From NCBI RefSeq assembly GCF_009914755.1, contig NC_060926.1: a stretch of DNA of 64,000 nucleotides. One strand, 5' to 3'. The position numbers were made by a program, and so were the translations under genes. Below the pieces are notes generated by a model, which searched no databases, was not told where the DNA came from, and worked only from the letters and a program-made list of their open reading frames with translations. Shown here piece after piece: positions 1 through 14,781 of this stretch (the first letter of the stretch is position 1; each line of letters opens with the position of its first letter). Source of the DNA: the human T2T-CHM13v2.0 reference genome, Homo sapiens.

Positions 1-416
1 TTGTCCTCTGATGTGTATAATAAAATGACTTCCAAACTCCAAAGGAAGATGAGGAAGGCCCAATGTGTGCTTCAGATTAACTTGATAATATACTTGATTT
101 ACAAATGATCACATCAAATCACTAGAATTTTCTAAAATATCCTTTTATGCTGTAACTCATTTCTTTTCCAAGGGTGTTGTTAGAGAAGGTGCATTTGCAA
201 TATTTTAACAATTTAACTGAGGCCAACTTTATAAAACAGTCACATAAAGATATAAAATAATGTTTAGGCAGATTATAATATTTAGCAACACAGGAAAATA
301 AGGCTCACCCTTAATGATATTCAAAAACAGACATTCCAAGGAGAAAAACTTATGTTTTCTTTTTTTTCCATAAGTTTATAAGACATTGCAAGAAAAAAAT
401 GATTAATTCCATCTTC

Positions 417-719
417 TTTTTTTTTTTTTTTTTTTTTTGAGACAGAGTCTTGCTCTGTCACCCAGGCTGGAGTGCAGTGGCGCAATCTTGGCTCACTGCA
501 AGCTCCACCTCCCGGTTCACGCCATTCTCCTGCCTCAGCCTCCCGAGTAGCTGGGACTACAGGCACCCGCCACCATGCCCAGCTAATTTTTTGTATTTTT
601 TAGTAGAGACGGGGTTTCACCGTGTTAGCCAGGATGGTCTCGATTTCCTGATCTCGTGATCTGCCTGCCTTGGCCTCCCAAAGTGCTGGGATTACAGGCG
701 TGAGCCACTGCCCCTGGCC
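417..719 (-). mobile_element. AluY SINE, full length
   Basis: Poly-T followed by a dimeric Alu on the minus strand; AluY diagnostics gcaagctcc, cacgccattc, ccgtgttagccaggatggtctcgat. Confidence 0.95.
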
Positions 720-1099
720 CTTCTTCTTATTTTTTAATGAACCAGACACCAGCTAGGTGCAGGCTCAAGGCATTTTACCTGCACTGTTTAAGATAAAAGT
801 CTTAAAAGCCCCAGTGGGCTAGGTAGGTTTCTCATTCATTTTGGTAACATTTGGGAAGAGAGGAGGCTCCACCTGCATGAGATGCGGCCAGGGAAAGACT
901 CCTCAGGGAGATCAAAGGAAACACATAGTTGATCAAAGGAAACAAGTAGCTGATTTCTTCTTGCAAAGATAAAAGTGGCTTTTAGACTAAGATTATGAGT
1001 ATTGGGATATTTTGAACTATAGGAATACCACTGAGTCCTGGAAACCTGGAATCAGGACATACCAGATAAAATAGATAATGATATTAAGAAAAATATAGT

Positions 1100-1198
1100 T
1101 TTTCCTTCTATTTTCCCCTTCCTGTCTCTTTCTCTTTCCCCTCCCTCCTTTTCTTCCCTCCCTTCTCTCTCTTTCTCTCTCTCTCTACCTCTCTTCTT
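1100..1198. repeat. Polypyrimidine (CT/CCT/TTC) low-complexity tract
   Basis: Almost exclusively C/T for ~100 bp. Confidence 0.85.
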
Positions 1199-1206
1199 AT
1201 GGTTTG

Positions 1207-1466
1207 CAGCCACAATAAAAAGTAAAATGAAACCTATTCATTTTAAATAACAAATTTATTTAACCCAATATACCCCAAATGTTATGTTAATTGGGATCAA
1301 TATAAACATTATGAATGAGACATATTACAGTATTTTTGTTTTTTTGGCACTAAGTTTTTAAATTGGTGTGTGTTTTGCACTTACAGCACATTTCAATTTG
1401 GAAAAGACACATTTCAAGTGCTTAGCAGCTGCATGTGGCTTGTGGCCACTGTATTGGACAGTAAAG
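1207..1466. mobile_element. MER33-like hAT-Charlie DNA transposon remnant
   Basis: tttatttaacccaatata ... cacttacagcacat ... cacatttcaagtgct ... catgtggcttgtggccactgtattggacag resembles the recalled MER33 consensus. Confidence 0.8.
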
Positions 1467-1993
1467 CTCTGAGGAAAGGAAAGAGTGGCATTAGCAAATA
1501 TGTGTTTGATTCTAGTTTTGGGAGAAGTATTTTCAAGGCTGTGATAAGAAATATTGTTATGTGCCAGTTTATAAATGCCTTGATCTTGATTGCACATTTA
1601 GATATTTAATGATCTCAACCCTACATGGCAATGATGTATCAAACAAAATTTTCCTCAGGAGCCCACAAATGAGTTTGCCAGGCAGAATATTCCCAAAGTC
1701 TGTTGAAGGCTATGGGCCGACACAGGAACAACATGACCCTCCATGGGGTTTAGCAGCCTGGAGCACGCTCATGGGGCCCATTCTGATCATTGTGATAAAG
1801 TGAGACAGACATCAAGGGGCTCCAAGGGAATATTTACTAGAAATAACTGGCTAGGAAAAACCTTAAAAGACACAAAACAATGTAAAGATGGTAGGTAAGG
1901 TTAAGAAAAAAAAATACTGACACGTTAATGTGAGGAAATAGAGAAGATTTATATGGGATATAACTGTAGATGGCAAGTGAAGTTTGGGGGAAA

Positions 1994-2362
<369 letters not shown>

Positions 2363-2380
2363 TAATTACATGTGTCCATA

Positions 2381-2672
2381 CCGGGTGCGATGGCTCACAC
2401 CTGTAATCCCAGCACTTTAGGAGGCTGAGGTGGGAGGATTGCTTGAGCTTCAGGAGTTCGAAACCAGCCTGGGCAATATGATGAGACCCCGGTCTCGGTA
2501 AAAAATACCAAATTTAGCCGAGCATGGTGGCCCATGCTTGCAGTTATAGCTACTTGGGAGGCTAAGGTGGAAGAATCGCTTGAGCCCAGGAGATGAGGCT
2601 GCAGTGAGCAGAGATCACACCACTGCACTCCAGTCTGGGCAACAGAGTGAGACCTGTCTCAAAATAAATAAA
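2381..2672 (+). mobile_element. AluJ-like SINE
   Basis: ccgggtgcgatggctcacacctgtaatccc ... gggaggattgcttgagc ... A-rich tail. Confidence 0.92.
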
Positions 2673-3199
2673 TTTTTAAAAAGTAGTAAATGAATTAAAT
2701 GTGTCCAATTTGGGGCCAAGAAGACATGCAAATTCCCATTTTTAAATTTCCTTCATTTTCAATAATTCTATATGTTACTAGGTTTTGCTGGGTGGTAGAC
2801 ATAAGAATGTGGGATTTAGGGTGTGACCTGACTGCCCGGTTGCATGATACCCTCCTCGGTCTCTCCCTGTAGAGCAGCCGGCATGGATTTATGAGGACAC
2901 GGATCAGATTAATTTGTTCAAAAGCAAACAAACAGAAACATTTAGAAGAAACAGATGCTGTACTCAGGGCACTCAGCGCTACAGAGGAGTCTACAAGAAC
3001 TCATAGGATCAGGCCCTGCCAGGCTTTTCTGTCTCATCCTGTCCAACTTCTGCCATTCACCACCTCCAGCCTCTGGGTCCACAAACACTCTGTACTTACT
3101 CCCACTTCAGGACCTTTGTATGTGCTTGTGGCAGGCTGATTAAGAGGGCTGACCTGGGAGCTGGACAAGCTGGGCTCTGCTGTTATGGGAATGCAAGAA

Positions 3200-3325
3200 A
3201 ACCCTCTGTGCCTCCGTTTCCTCATTTGTAGCGTGGTGATAGTGACAGCGCCCCTGCCTCCTAGGATTGTAATGAAGAGTAAATGAATTAATGTGTGTGA
3301 GCACTTAAAACAGTGCCTTGCATTG
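3200..3325 (+). mobile_element. MIR SINE fragment
   Basis: ctctgtgcctccgtttcctcatttgt ... gcacttaaaacagtgcct matches the MIR core. Confidence 0.8.
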
Positions 3326-3399
3326 AAAAGTAAAAAAAAATATAGCTGAGTAAATTATGTCAGATTACAAAAAAAAGTGAAAAAAGTAAGTTTCTTGCA

Positions 3400-3662
3400 A
3401 ACTCCTGTAGCCATAAAATGTGACCTGTACTGATGAGGCCATTGGCGTGTTTCATCCCACTTCATGTGATAAATACATGTTTTCTGTGGCAGTATTTATA
3501 AGACTGATCATGAGTTGCTGTCCCAGATCCTGCTGTGGGTGTCATATACAACCTGGTATGTTGTATATGAACACAACCTGTGTTCTGTGTCTAAAATCCC
3601 AAAATTCCAATTCTGAAACTCACCTTTCCCTAGGGGTTGTGTATAAGGGACGGTGGACGTGT
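3400..3662. mobile_element. Ancient TcMar-Tigger-like DNA transposon remnant (family uncertain)
   Basis: End ...tataagggacggtggacgtg and aaatcccaaaattccaattctgaaac resemble Tigger-type MITE ends. Confidence 0.35.
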
Positions 3663-3689
3663 TTACCACTGTTCAAGATTCAGCTGACC

Positions 3690-4520
3690 ATTCCCCTGTT
3701 TAGAGAGGCCTTCTGACTGTCCTACCTGGCTGGCTTTCTCTCTGCTGTGCCTTCTCTTCCATGATCCTGTTTGCTTTTCCTCATCGGACTTCTTATTATC
3801 TGCAATTACCTTACTTGTTTCATGGCTTTAATGGCTACTTTCTCCTAACAGGTCCAAAAGTCATACTTCCAGCACGAACCTCTCCCCTGAACTCCAGATC
3901 AAATTTACAAACAACCCCCTCACGTCTCCACTGGGATGCCCGAAAGTGGAACTTCTGTTCCCTCTAACCTGCCCCTCCCAGGCTTTCTCTGTCAAGGTTA
4001 CTGGAAGCTCCAGCCTCTCTGCTGTGTCAGCCAGAATCATTGGAGTCTTCCTTGTCTGCACCCTCTCTCTCCTACCCCACATGCATTTTCCCGGAATCCC
4101 ATTGGTTTTGCCCTCATAGTCTATCTGAGGCCTGTCTGCCTCTCGGCCTTCTGCCGTTTTTAGACTGGTGCACCTCATCAGAGCCTTTTGCCCGGGTTCC
4201 TGCCATGGCCTCATAACCTTCCTGCCCCCCTTTCGGTGCAGGATCAGTCTGTCCTCCAGGCTGGTCATCTGAGGGCCTGCCACCTCCCTCACAGCTCAGT
4301 CACAGGCCCGTCCCAGTGTGGCTTCCCTGGCAGCCGCCTTTACTCCCTGACCCCTTGCCCTACGCAGCCTGTCCTCTCCAGATTCACTGCCTCCATGCTG
4401 TCCTCCAGTCTTGCTGCCTCTCTCTCTGTCTAGAGTGTGCTTCCCTCTGGGCTTCCTCCCTAGTGTTTCAATGTTCATCCCCTACTCAGAGGGTCTTGCC
4501 TGATCACTCTGTTAAAGTTG
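3690..4520 (+). mobile_element. L2 LINE 3' fragments
   Basis: cctctcccctgaactccaga, cttggagtc-like and pyrimidine-rich L2 3' motifs. Confidence 0.75.
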
Positions 4521-4599
4521 CAAATTTCCATTGCCTTCACGATTCCTAGACCCCCCCTGCCACTCAGTCTCCTCATCACAGGCCACACTTTTTAACTAC

Positions 4600-5012
4600 T
4601 CTCGTGGACGCAGTCCATGCCCCTTCCTGGATTCGCTGGGCAGTGCTTCTCTGCTCAATGATGCTCCGGGAAGATCACCCAGCAGCCACCACATTCTGGT
4701 GGGCATAGAGGGGAGGGCTTGCCCTTGCCTGAAAGTAGGCTTCTTGAGCTCTGTCACCATCCTGGTGGGGCGGCAACGTGGCGTCCCTGCCTTGGGCAGG
4801 TGGGCCCTCTGCGAGAGCCACTTCCAATCCCCCATTCCATGTTCAGGCCCAGCTGGACTGAGCACTGCTTTTAAGGAAGCTATAGCCAGTTTGACAACTC
4901 TTTCTGTGCCTCATCTTTTCTCTTTCCTGCTTCTCTGGAATTTTACTCTCAAAGAAGTTTTAGCCATAAGCTGTTGCCTCAGGTTCTATCTTCTAGGGAA
5001 ACTCCCCAAAGT
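4600..5012 (+). mobile_element. ERVL LTR remnant (LTR16/LTR33-like)
   Basis: 3' end cctcaggttctatcttctagggaaac resembles the LTR16/33 terminus. Confidence 0.5.
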
Positions 5013-5088
5013 GTAAATCTCATACTATGTACTTGGCTTCTCAACTTTATCATCTATCTCCCCTCCTAGTATATAAGCCCAGTAGGGC

Positions 5089-5091
<3 letters not shown>

Positions 5092-5121
<30 letters not shown>
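5092..5121. repeat. (GT)n microsatellite within an L2 3'-end remnant
   Basis: About 15 GT units, flanked by gtatcctcagggcttagagcagtgtctggcac. Confidence 0.95.
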
Positions 5122-5123
<2 letters not shown>

Positions 5124-6129
5124 TTCATTTAGGGCTGTATCCTCAGGGCTTAGAGCAGTGTCTGGCACATTGAAAGTTATCAATACATGCCAGTTACATG
5201 GATGGGTGGTTATCAGAATGTTATCTGTCTCTCCCACTGGAACTTAACTTCCATAAGGGCAGGATTGCTGCTATCTTTCTCCATATTGTTTCCCCAGCGA
5301 CCACAATAGTTTAAAAAAAAATTTAAAAAGTCTTATCTCATGACAGATTAACACCACAGTAGTTTGTGGGACATGCTGGCTCTCAATATTTAAAACTAAT
5401 ACTTAACAGAGGTGGGAGAAAGCAATACATAAAGATAATGTTGTTGAGGGAAGCATAGACATTGGAAACCAGGGAAATAGCCATGGAAGTTTCTGGAAAG
5501 GTCCAGGGACCAGGACAACTTAATCAGAAGGATCCAGTCAAGGTCATCCCACTTGAAAAGTAGCAGCTTCACTGGAAGTGTCATGGCATCTTTGGCATGT
5601 TATTACATAAACAGTTCAATACTGAATTTTAATAATCTTTGGAAAAGAACAAAATGTAGCCCCCTGTGGCCCATGCCCCTTCCAGTGCATTGGCCCAGTG
5701 TGGCTTTTCCAGGCATCCCACCCAAGGGGCTGGACATCTCTCCTCCATGACCTTGGAAGGCCTGTATCTTACAGGAACACATGTCCCTAAGAGCACTACA
5801 TGGATCTAGCCCCATTGCTGCAGGTAATTTGATTGCCCCTCGGTGTTTAGTTTGAGTTAGTTTTATATGAAGGTTTCCTTCTCTCCCCCTTTTCCATTTA
5901 TTCCAGTCAATAATACTTTCTTTAAAATAGAGAACCTGTATGCCAGGTACCGTTAGGATTTGGTGATATCTATCAATCAACGGCACCAATAGAAAACAGA
6001 GGGTACCCTCAAACTGAGATGATTCCGAGAGAGTTTGCACAGCAGGGGCTGTTCACACTGTGCGAGTGTGGGGGAGCGACAAAGACTCGTGCAGTCGCTG
6101 GAGCCAGTAGTTGGTGCTCCCCTGACAGC

Positions 6130-6700
6130 TGCAGAGCCCAGGGCAAGAGTACAGATGGAGGCCCATGTGCTCCGAGTCAGAATATTTCAAAGTTATAACT
6201 CAAGCAACCACATTGTTGAATAAAATCTGTTCTGTTCTCTACCTCAACAAATGGGGCACTTATGTAATGACTTTGAAGGCCAGGTCTGCACATAGAATTA
6301 TCACATTCTCTAAGTTACAGACCATACCACCAGAACATGGAGGTGAGGGATAGACATGTTGCCCTCAGTTCTGCAAACACCTTTACAAGCTCATGGCCAG
6401 ACACCCTAGGCCATGTGTCCAAACTCCACTCACAGTTCCACAAATAACTGCCCCACTGGCCCTTGGGTCTGGGGTCACAGTTCCCACCCACCCTGAGACG
6501 GAACTGAGGATTGGACTTGAACAGACCCTGGAAGCTGGCTTGGGTCTATCTGAATGGGAAACCTGAGTTCTGAGTACACAGTGTGTTCTACAAGTGGAGA
6601 GCTCAGTAAAGATTGGTCAGGACCCATGTGCCTGTGTCGGAGGACCACAGCGATAGTACCAGCAGTGCTAGTAGTACCAACTTTCCTTGCTAGGAATGGA
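6130..6700. mobile_element. MER115/Zaphod-like hAT-Tip100 remnant
   Basis: cagggcaagagtacagatggaggccca and ccctggaagctggcttggg resemble the recalled consensus. Confidence 0.5.
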
Positions 6701-7608
6701 GGGAGGAGGCAGGGCTGTAGACTGCTGCCTTTGAGCAGGGGTGATCTTCTTTCTAGAGGCAGTGTCATCTGCAGGTAACCTTGCAGCAAGGGAGCAAAGG
6801 GTCATAACCTCCCTGTGATACCAAAACTTCCTATTGGCTACACCCAGCCAGAATCCAGAGGGCTTGAGGGTTCTCATGATGGGGCTCTCCAGGCCAGAAA
6901 GCAGGCAGAGATGTCAGCGGAGTGAATCTGGGGGTGCAAAGTAAAGATACCAAGCACAGGATGCATCTGTGAAAAATACAGCCCTGGGTCCTGGACCTCA
7001 CCCACAGTCAATGCTTTACCAATGCCAGTAAAAAAGAGTTTGGCAGTGCCCATGGCCTTAATGTTGTCTGGGCCTCAGGGAAAGTTCAAGGGGAGCCTGG
7101 AATCTGCTTGCCCTTTGACTTTCAGGATTTTTAAGAGTTGAGCACTTGAAGCTACTGGGAGGAGAGGAGAGGCACAAAGGTAATTAGCTACAGTGTTAAT
7201 GGATGTTGTCACTTGCATGAGTCCTTGAAATAGTTGTATATAGGACATTGTTTAAAATTACTGTATGACTTTTCATTATTTGTATGAGCACATTGCTAAT
7301 TAACACAAGTAATCATCCATACAAATGGATATTTATTGTACACCTGTTTTGTGCAAGGCACTGTGCTAAGTCTGGTGGGGATGTTCTGTGCCCCAGGAGC
7401 TTAGAGTCTAGATTTGGCTTCCAGCTCTCTGATCCTTCCATTCTCTGAGATTCTCCCCATTTCCCTTCCCAGCCACCCCATCTTCTTAATTCCTCTGGGA
7501 TCTAAGAAAAAATGAAATAGAACAGGAGATGGAACTAAAGAAAACTTCTCTGGGTAAGGTGGGCCAGCAGAGAGAGAATAGAAAGGAGATTTTTAAAAGG
7601 GGCAGGGT

Positions 7609-7936
<328 letters not shown>

Positions 7937-8607
7937 GGAAGGGAGCAAAGTGTCTCACAATGTAGTACCCAGGGAAGCAGATGGAGCTCTGGAAGGAGGA
8001 GGAGAGAGGTGATGAAGAAGACCATGAATTAGTGAAAAAAAAAAAAAAAAGAAAGAAAGAAAAAAAACATGTAGTAGGAAAGGAAGGTCTCACCTTTTGA
8101 GCATGCATTCATTTTTTTAAGTACCCATACACTGAATATCCTTGTCCTGGTTCACTGAAAAACATTGTTACTGAGCTCCTGCTGTATATACTGGAGGTCT
8201 CCAGTGTGCACAGATGCATCTCCCACAGATGCATACTACCTAGTCTCTCTGTAAGATTATTTTGATGGTCCCTGGAAGCAGTCTTGTTTTTTCAGGACTA
8301 AGGTGAAAGTAACTTAAAATTTGCATTAATCAAAATTAATGAAAGGAAATCCATGATGAACAAAATATCAACAATTTATATAAAGGCAATATCAATATCC
8401 TAGGGCTGAAACAACAGATCATTTATGTTCCTATCAATAGTGAAACTCATATAGATTTCTTATAATTAAAACAAAAGGAAGGGTATAGGGAAAGACACCA
8501 GCCAAGGCAGTCTTAACTATTCACAGTCTGCTCAGTTGTGCAGGCTCAGTTGAAACAGCTGGTCTGGGGTCTGTGGCCGCTTTAGGGATAATTCTGAGGT
8601 GGGTTCG

Positions 8608-8626
8608 TGCTGCCATCTAGTGGTCA
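8608..8626 (-). promoter_or_regulatory. CTCF core motif (reverse orientation)
   Basis: gctgccatctagtggtca; reverse complement tgaccactagatggcagc closely matches CCASYAGRKGGCRS. Confidence 0.7.
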
Positions 8627-9522
8627 TATTGCATTATACGCCGTCTTCACTTCTGGAGGCTCTCTTGGGGGAAAACGTGATAAACCTGAAAAGATCCAGG
8701 TCAAGGAGGTAGACGAATGTGAGAAATTTTCCGGATTGACAGGTTTTTGGATGTAACCAATTATTTGATATTCTGGTTTTTTTTGTTCTCTTAAAATACG
8801 AATTGGAATCCTCTTATGTTTGAGGAGCTGTGCTAGATGCTGGATATGGTCTGGTGAATATGCATGACCATGTCTTTGTCCTGGGAGAGCTCCTTGAAAG
8901 AGTCCAATTCACCCACCAGCCCATTTCATTAAAAACAAAGAACCCTGGAGAGAGTTGGAGAAAGTAAGTGATTGGTTTAAAGTCACATAATTAGTTAATT
9001 GGGGAGTCAGCCTTAGAATCCAGCTGTGTAAGCTTTTCATTCTATACTGTTGTCTTCTCACCTTAACAGAAACTTGTCTTTAAGATGTTGAGCCAAGCAT
9101 TTAAAAGTTACTCCTCCAAATCCTTCCTGAGAGGAGTAGTTGTAGCATATTTCAGATACAGCTGCATTTCTGCTATTAACTCTCTAGTTTAAGTTATAGC
9201 AAGCAGTGCTGCTAAGAAACTTACTGCATAAGTACGTAAGAGTCAAAGTGATACAAAATTGACAAGAGTCATCTTTGTTAAATGTAATTTACTTAACACT
9301 AGAAAAAGGGAAGTGATAACTTACCCTTCGTCCTTGTGCCAGCAAGGGTATCTTTTTTTTTTTTTTTTTAATAACTGAGCTGCTTCCCATTCCAAATTTC
9401 ATTAAGACCCTGGCTTCAAGGGATCATCAATGATCCCTTCTCCTACTAATCTCTTGAAAGTAGCTTCATTTTTCTAGGTGCAGGGCACTATATGTTCACC
9501 AGCAATACTTCTTATATTGAGT

Positions 9523-10047
<525 letters not shown>

Positions 10048-10149
10048 ATGTTGATGCTACTTGTTCAAGATAAAATAATAAAATCTAACAAGGCGAGATA
10101 AAAAATTTTGATTAAGTGCTAAGTGGCATACATATTTAATATATACTGT

Positions 10150-10400
10150 ATTTAATTTTTATTATAAAAGCTTTCAAACATACACAAATATAAAGTTTGC
10201 AGTGAACCCCAATGTATCCATCACCCAACTTGCCGACATTGGCATCACTCATTTAGCAAGATTCTGCTGTATTGTTTTTTCTATCCTGTTTTTCTTCCTT
10301 TTTTTCTGAAGAATTTAAACAAATCACAGACACTTTACCCTTATTACACTTTACTCTTAAATAAAAAATTAAAATTCCTCAAAAATATGGTTCTTTGTTT
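10150..10400 (-). mobile_element. Ancient L1M (L1ME-like) 3' fragment
   Basis: ttttattataaaagctttcaaacatacacaaa ... gaacccc..tgtatccatcaccca is typical of L1ME 3' ends. Confidence 0.6.
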
Positions 10401-10409
10401 ATATATAGA

Positions 10410-11612
10410 CAGTCATATGCTGTATAATGAGGTTTTGGTCAACAGTAGAGTGAATATATGATGGCAGTCTTGCACAATTATTATGGAGCTGAGAAATTCC
10501 TATCAGCCGACTTGTTACTGCCATTGTAGCATCATAACTCAATGCATTACTCTTGTGTCTGTGGTGATTCTGGTGCAAACAAACCTACTATGCTGACAGT
10601 CATATAAAAATCTAGCACATACAATCGTGTATAGTAAATAGTCCTTGATAATGAAAATAAATGACTATGTTACCGGCTTATGTATTTACTATACTTTCGA
10701 TCATTATTTTGTAGTGTACTCCTTCTACTAATATAAAAAAATTAACTGTAAAACAGCATCAGGTGTGTCCTTCAGGGGGTATTCCAAAAGAAGGCATTGT
10801 TATCACAGATGACAGTTCTTGCATGTTATTGCCCCTGAAGACCTTCCAGTGGGAGAAGATATGGAGGGGAAAGACAGTGATGTTGATGATCCTGACCCTC
10901 TGTAGGCCTAGGCTAATGTGTGTTTGAGTCTTAGTTTTTGATAAAAAATTTTGAAAAGTTAAAAGAATTAAAAATAGAAATGAGCTCATAAAATAAAAAT
11001 AAAGAGAGAAAATATTTTTGTACACTTAGACAATTCATTTGTATTTCAGGCTAAGTATTATTATAACAGTCAGAAAATTTTAAAAATTAAAAGGTTTGTC
11101 AAGTAAAAATGTTACAGTAAGCTAAGGGTAATTTATTATTGAAGAAAGAAAACAATTTTAAAATAGATTTAGGGTAACCTAAGTGTACAGTGTTTATAAA
11201 GTCTACAGTAGGGTACAGTGATGTCCAAGGGCCTCACATTCACTCATCATTTACTCACTGACTCACCCAGAGTAACTTCCAACCTGCAAGCTTTATTTAT
11301 GGTAAGCAACCTATACAGGCACACCATGTTTTATCTCTTATACAGTATTTTTACTGTACCTTTTCTATGGTTAGCTATGTTTAGATACACAAATACTTAC
11401 CATTGTTTTACAATTGCCTACAGTATTCAGTACAGTAACAGGTTGTACAGGTTTGTAATCTACCAGCAACAAGTTATACTATATAGCCTAGGTGTGTTGT
11501 AGGCTATACCGTCTAGGTGTGTGTAAGTACACTATGATGTTCACACAATGATAACAGTGCCTAATGACACATTTCTCAGAAGGTATGCCCACTGCTCAGT
11601 GATTCATGACTG
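10410..11612. mobile_element. Tigger3b (Golem) non-autonomous DNA transposon, ~1.2 kb
   Basis: Termini cagtcat... / ...catgactg followed by TA; internal Tigger3 motifs (tagcctaggtgtg, gtgtaagtacact). Confidence 0.88.
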
Positions 11613-11671
11613 TATATATATGCGTACACACACACACACACATACACACACACACACACATATATATATAT
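11613..11671. repeat. (TA)/(CA) compound microsatellite
   Basis: Direct reading. Confidence 0.9.
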
Positions 11672-11689
11672 GAATTTCTAGATCTATAT

Positions 11690-12108
11690 AGAAATTGGCT
11701 AATGCATGATTATGGAGGCTGAGAAGTCCCAAGACCAGCAGTTGCAAGCTGGAAACCTGGGAGAGTCAATGTATAGTTCAGTCTGGAAGCCAGCAGACTC
11801 AGGATACAAGATGAGCTGATTTTCAGTTTGAGTCGGAAGGCAGAAAAAGAACAATGTTCCAGCACCAGAAGTCAGGCAGCTTGAGATCACCGTATTTTGG
11901 GGGAGGTTCAGCCTTTTTGTTCTATGTAGGGCTTCCACAGGTTGGATGAGGGACACCCCCACTGGGGAGGGCGGTCTTCTTTACTCAGTCTACTGATTCA
12001 ATGTTAATCTCATCCAGAAACATCCTCACAGACATATAAAAAAAAATTTGACAAATGTCTACACATCCTGTGGCCTAGTCAAGCTGACATATAAAATCAC
12101 CTGTCACA
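11690..12108 (-). mobile_element. MLT2 (ERVL) LTR
   Basis: attggct...gattatggaggctgagaagtccc ... cctagtcaagctgacatataaaatcacctgtcaca. Confidence 0.85.
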
Positions 12109-13402
12109 GTAGTGTCTACCAGATTTGTCTTCTACAGGTGCTGTTTCCCTGGGGGAATGAATGAGGATTCCGTGTGTGATATTCTGTGACTGTGTCAATG
12201 TCCTGCTCCCCAGCATTTTATCCAATGGAGTCATAGAGCTTAAACTGCTAAAAGGTGCTAGAAAGTGCTTGGGTTAGTTGAAAAGAGATAAATAACTTCC
12301 TTTAATGTTAAGAACTTCCTACAGAGTCCAGTTCAAGGTCAAGATCCAGACTGGAAGGCTAAGGGTCAGAGAGCGATATGAATCTGACAGAGTGACAGTC
12401 TTGAGCCAGGCAAGGGCAGGCATGTGGCTCTCCCGACTGGTGGCCCATGCTCATGGAAACCCAGATTTGAGGAAAAACTGTGGGAACTTTCAGGTTGCTC
12501 TTCAAACTCTCCCCAGAGCAAGGGTGCCAGGGCTCCTGAAGAGAAGGTAGGAGAGGGTGGTTACTTAGCTCAGCAGGAGTCTGAGATGGTGAATGTAGCC
12601 CTGGCTTCAGCTTGGAGAACTCTGGGACAGTTCCAGGGGAAAGGACTGTCACTCTGCTGCATAGTGACATCTTGTTTTGCAAATAAGTGCATTAAAGGGA
12701 CTGGTTCTGGGCTTTCCATCTCTGTCACTGTATGCATGGAGCCTGGGAGGTGGGACAGATCTGTGGCAGGAGAACAGGGGCCAGGAACCATCTCCTTGTC
12801 CTGTCCTATTCATCCTCAGAACTATAATGGACCCCAACAGAGTAACCCGCCTTTGCAGAGGAACGAACTGTCTGAGCACTAGAAGACTCTTTTTTTTTTT
12901 TTGAAAGAAGCTTTTTTCCAGAATTCCTCCTCTCAAATAAACTTTGTTGTTGTTACTGCTGCTGTTTTAAGACACTATATAGGATTTTTAGCGAATCAGT
13001 GTCACTCACACTTCACGTTACGGCCTTCTGAATGTCTATTTCATCTTAGGTGATTTACATATCCTTTTTTCCCCCTTACTACCTCACATCCACTACTGTA
13101 CCTTCCAGTTGCCTCCAATTTTTCGGCATTTTATACATTTAAAATAGAAATGTCACACCTTTTATTTTATCCTCACAATAACAAGGAGATATTGTTGCCA
13201 GTTTATTTTCTGTAAACTGAGGCAAAAACAAGTAAAATAACTCATTGAAAATTCCAGAGCAACAGCCCAGTTTTCCTGAACATCTGTCTTGTGAGAGGCA
13301 CCCACAGCTGTGTCTCTGAGGGGCATCTTCATATTTTGCAGACTAGAAACTTCCATTATTGTCCTTTACTTAGGCTCAACAGGACTCAAGTTACTTTTCT
13401 AA

Positions 13403-13946
<544 letters not shown>

Positions 13947-14489
13947 AGCCATGTCTTTTCATGTTGATACATTGAAAAGTTTGCTCAGCTCTGCCTTCTA
14001 AAAGAAACTACAAAAGCCGTTGCTATGTCCTTCCCTATTTATGTTTTAAAAAGTTTTGACCTGGGAAGTATTGGAAATAGAATTAGGGGGAAGATCCATC
14101 CCAGGCTACCTTGTACATAAACTGATGTACAAGAAGTTCAAGCTAATTTACGAGAAACTTTACCTAGGAAAAGGGAATGAAATGTATAAAAATAAGTTAT
14201 ACTTAAAAAAATAAGTAAAGATTACAACTTTGCATAGTTTTAGAATGAGCAAAGATAGATTCTTCTCCATGAAATGGCCTTTTGAGTGTGGAAGGGTATA
14301 CGAGATCACTTGTATAATACTTCATTAATCTTAATTATTAATCAAATGACTAGCATTTTAAAAAATAAGCAATTATACTAAATTTTAACATACTACTTAT
14401 GGAATTTACTTTAAAAAGAAATTTTCCCCCAACATGTAAATAATACTTGTACATATAAACACTCTTAAACAATTAAAATCACAAGTTTA

Positions 14490-14781
<292 letters not shown>

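Noticed and set aside
321-659. ORFs of 69-81 aa, and similar ones at 1837-2298, 9478-9949, 13693-14001, 42928-43360 and 60332-60571
   Set aside because: They are translations of Alu sequence (e.g. [13 protein letters not shown]), not genes
4531-5016. Longest ORF in the window (161 aa)
   Set aside because: It overlaps an LTR remnant, has a non-ATG start and shows no recognisable domain
8686-8700. 15-bp match ctgaaaagatccagg also present at ~63735
   Set aside because: About one or two such matches are expected by chance in 64 kb
12305-12936. Cluster of overlapping ORFs up to 152 aa
   Set aside because: GC-richer patch lowers stop frequency; ORFs occur on both strands with no recognisable protein similarity
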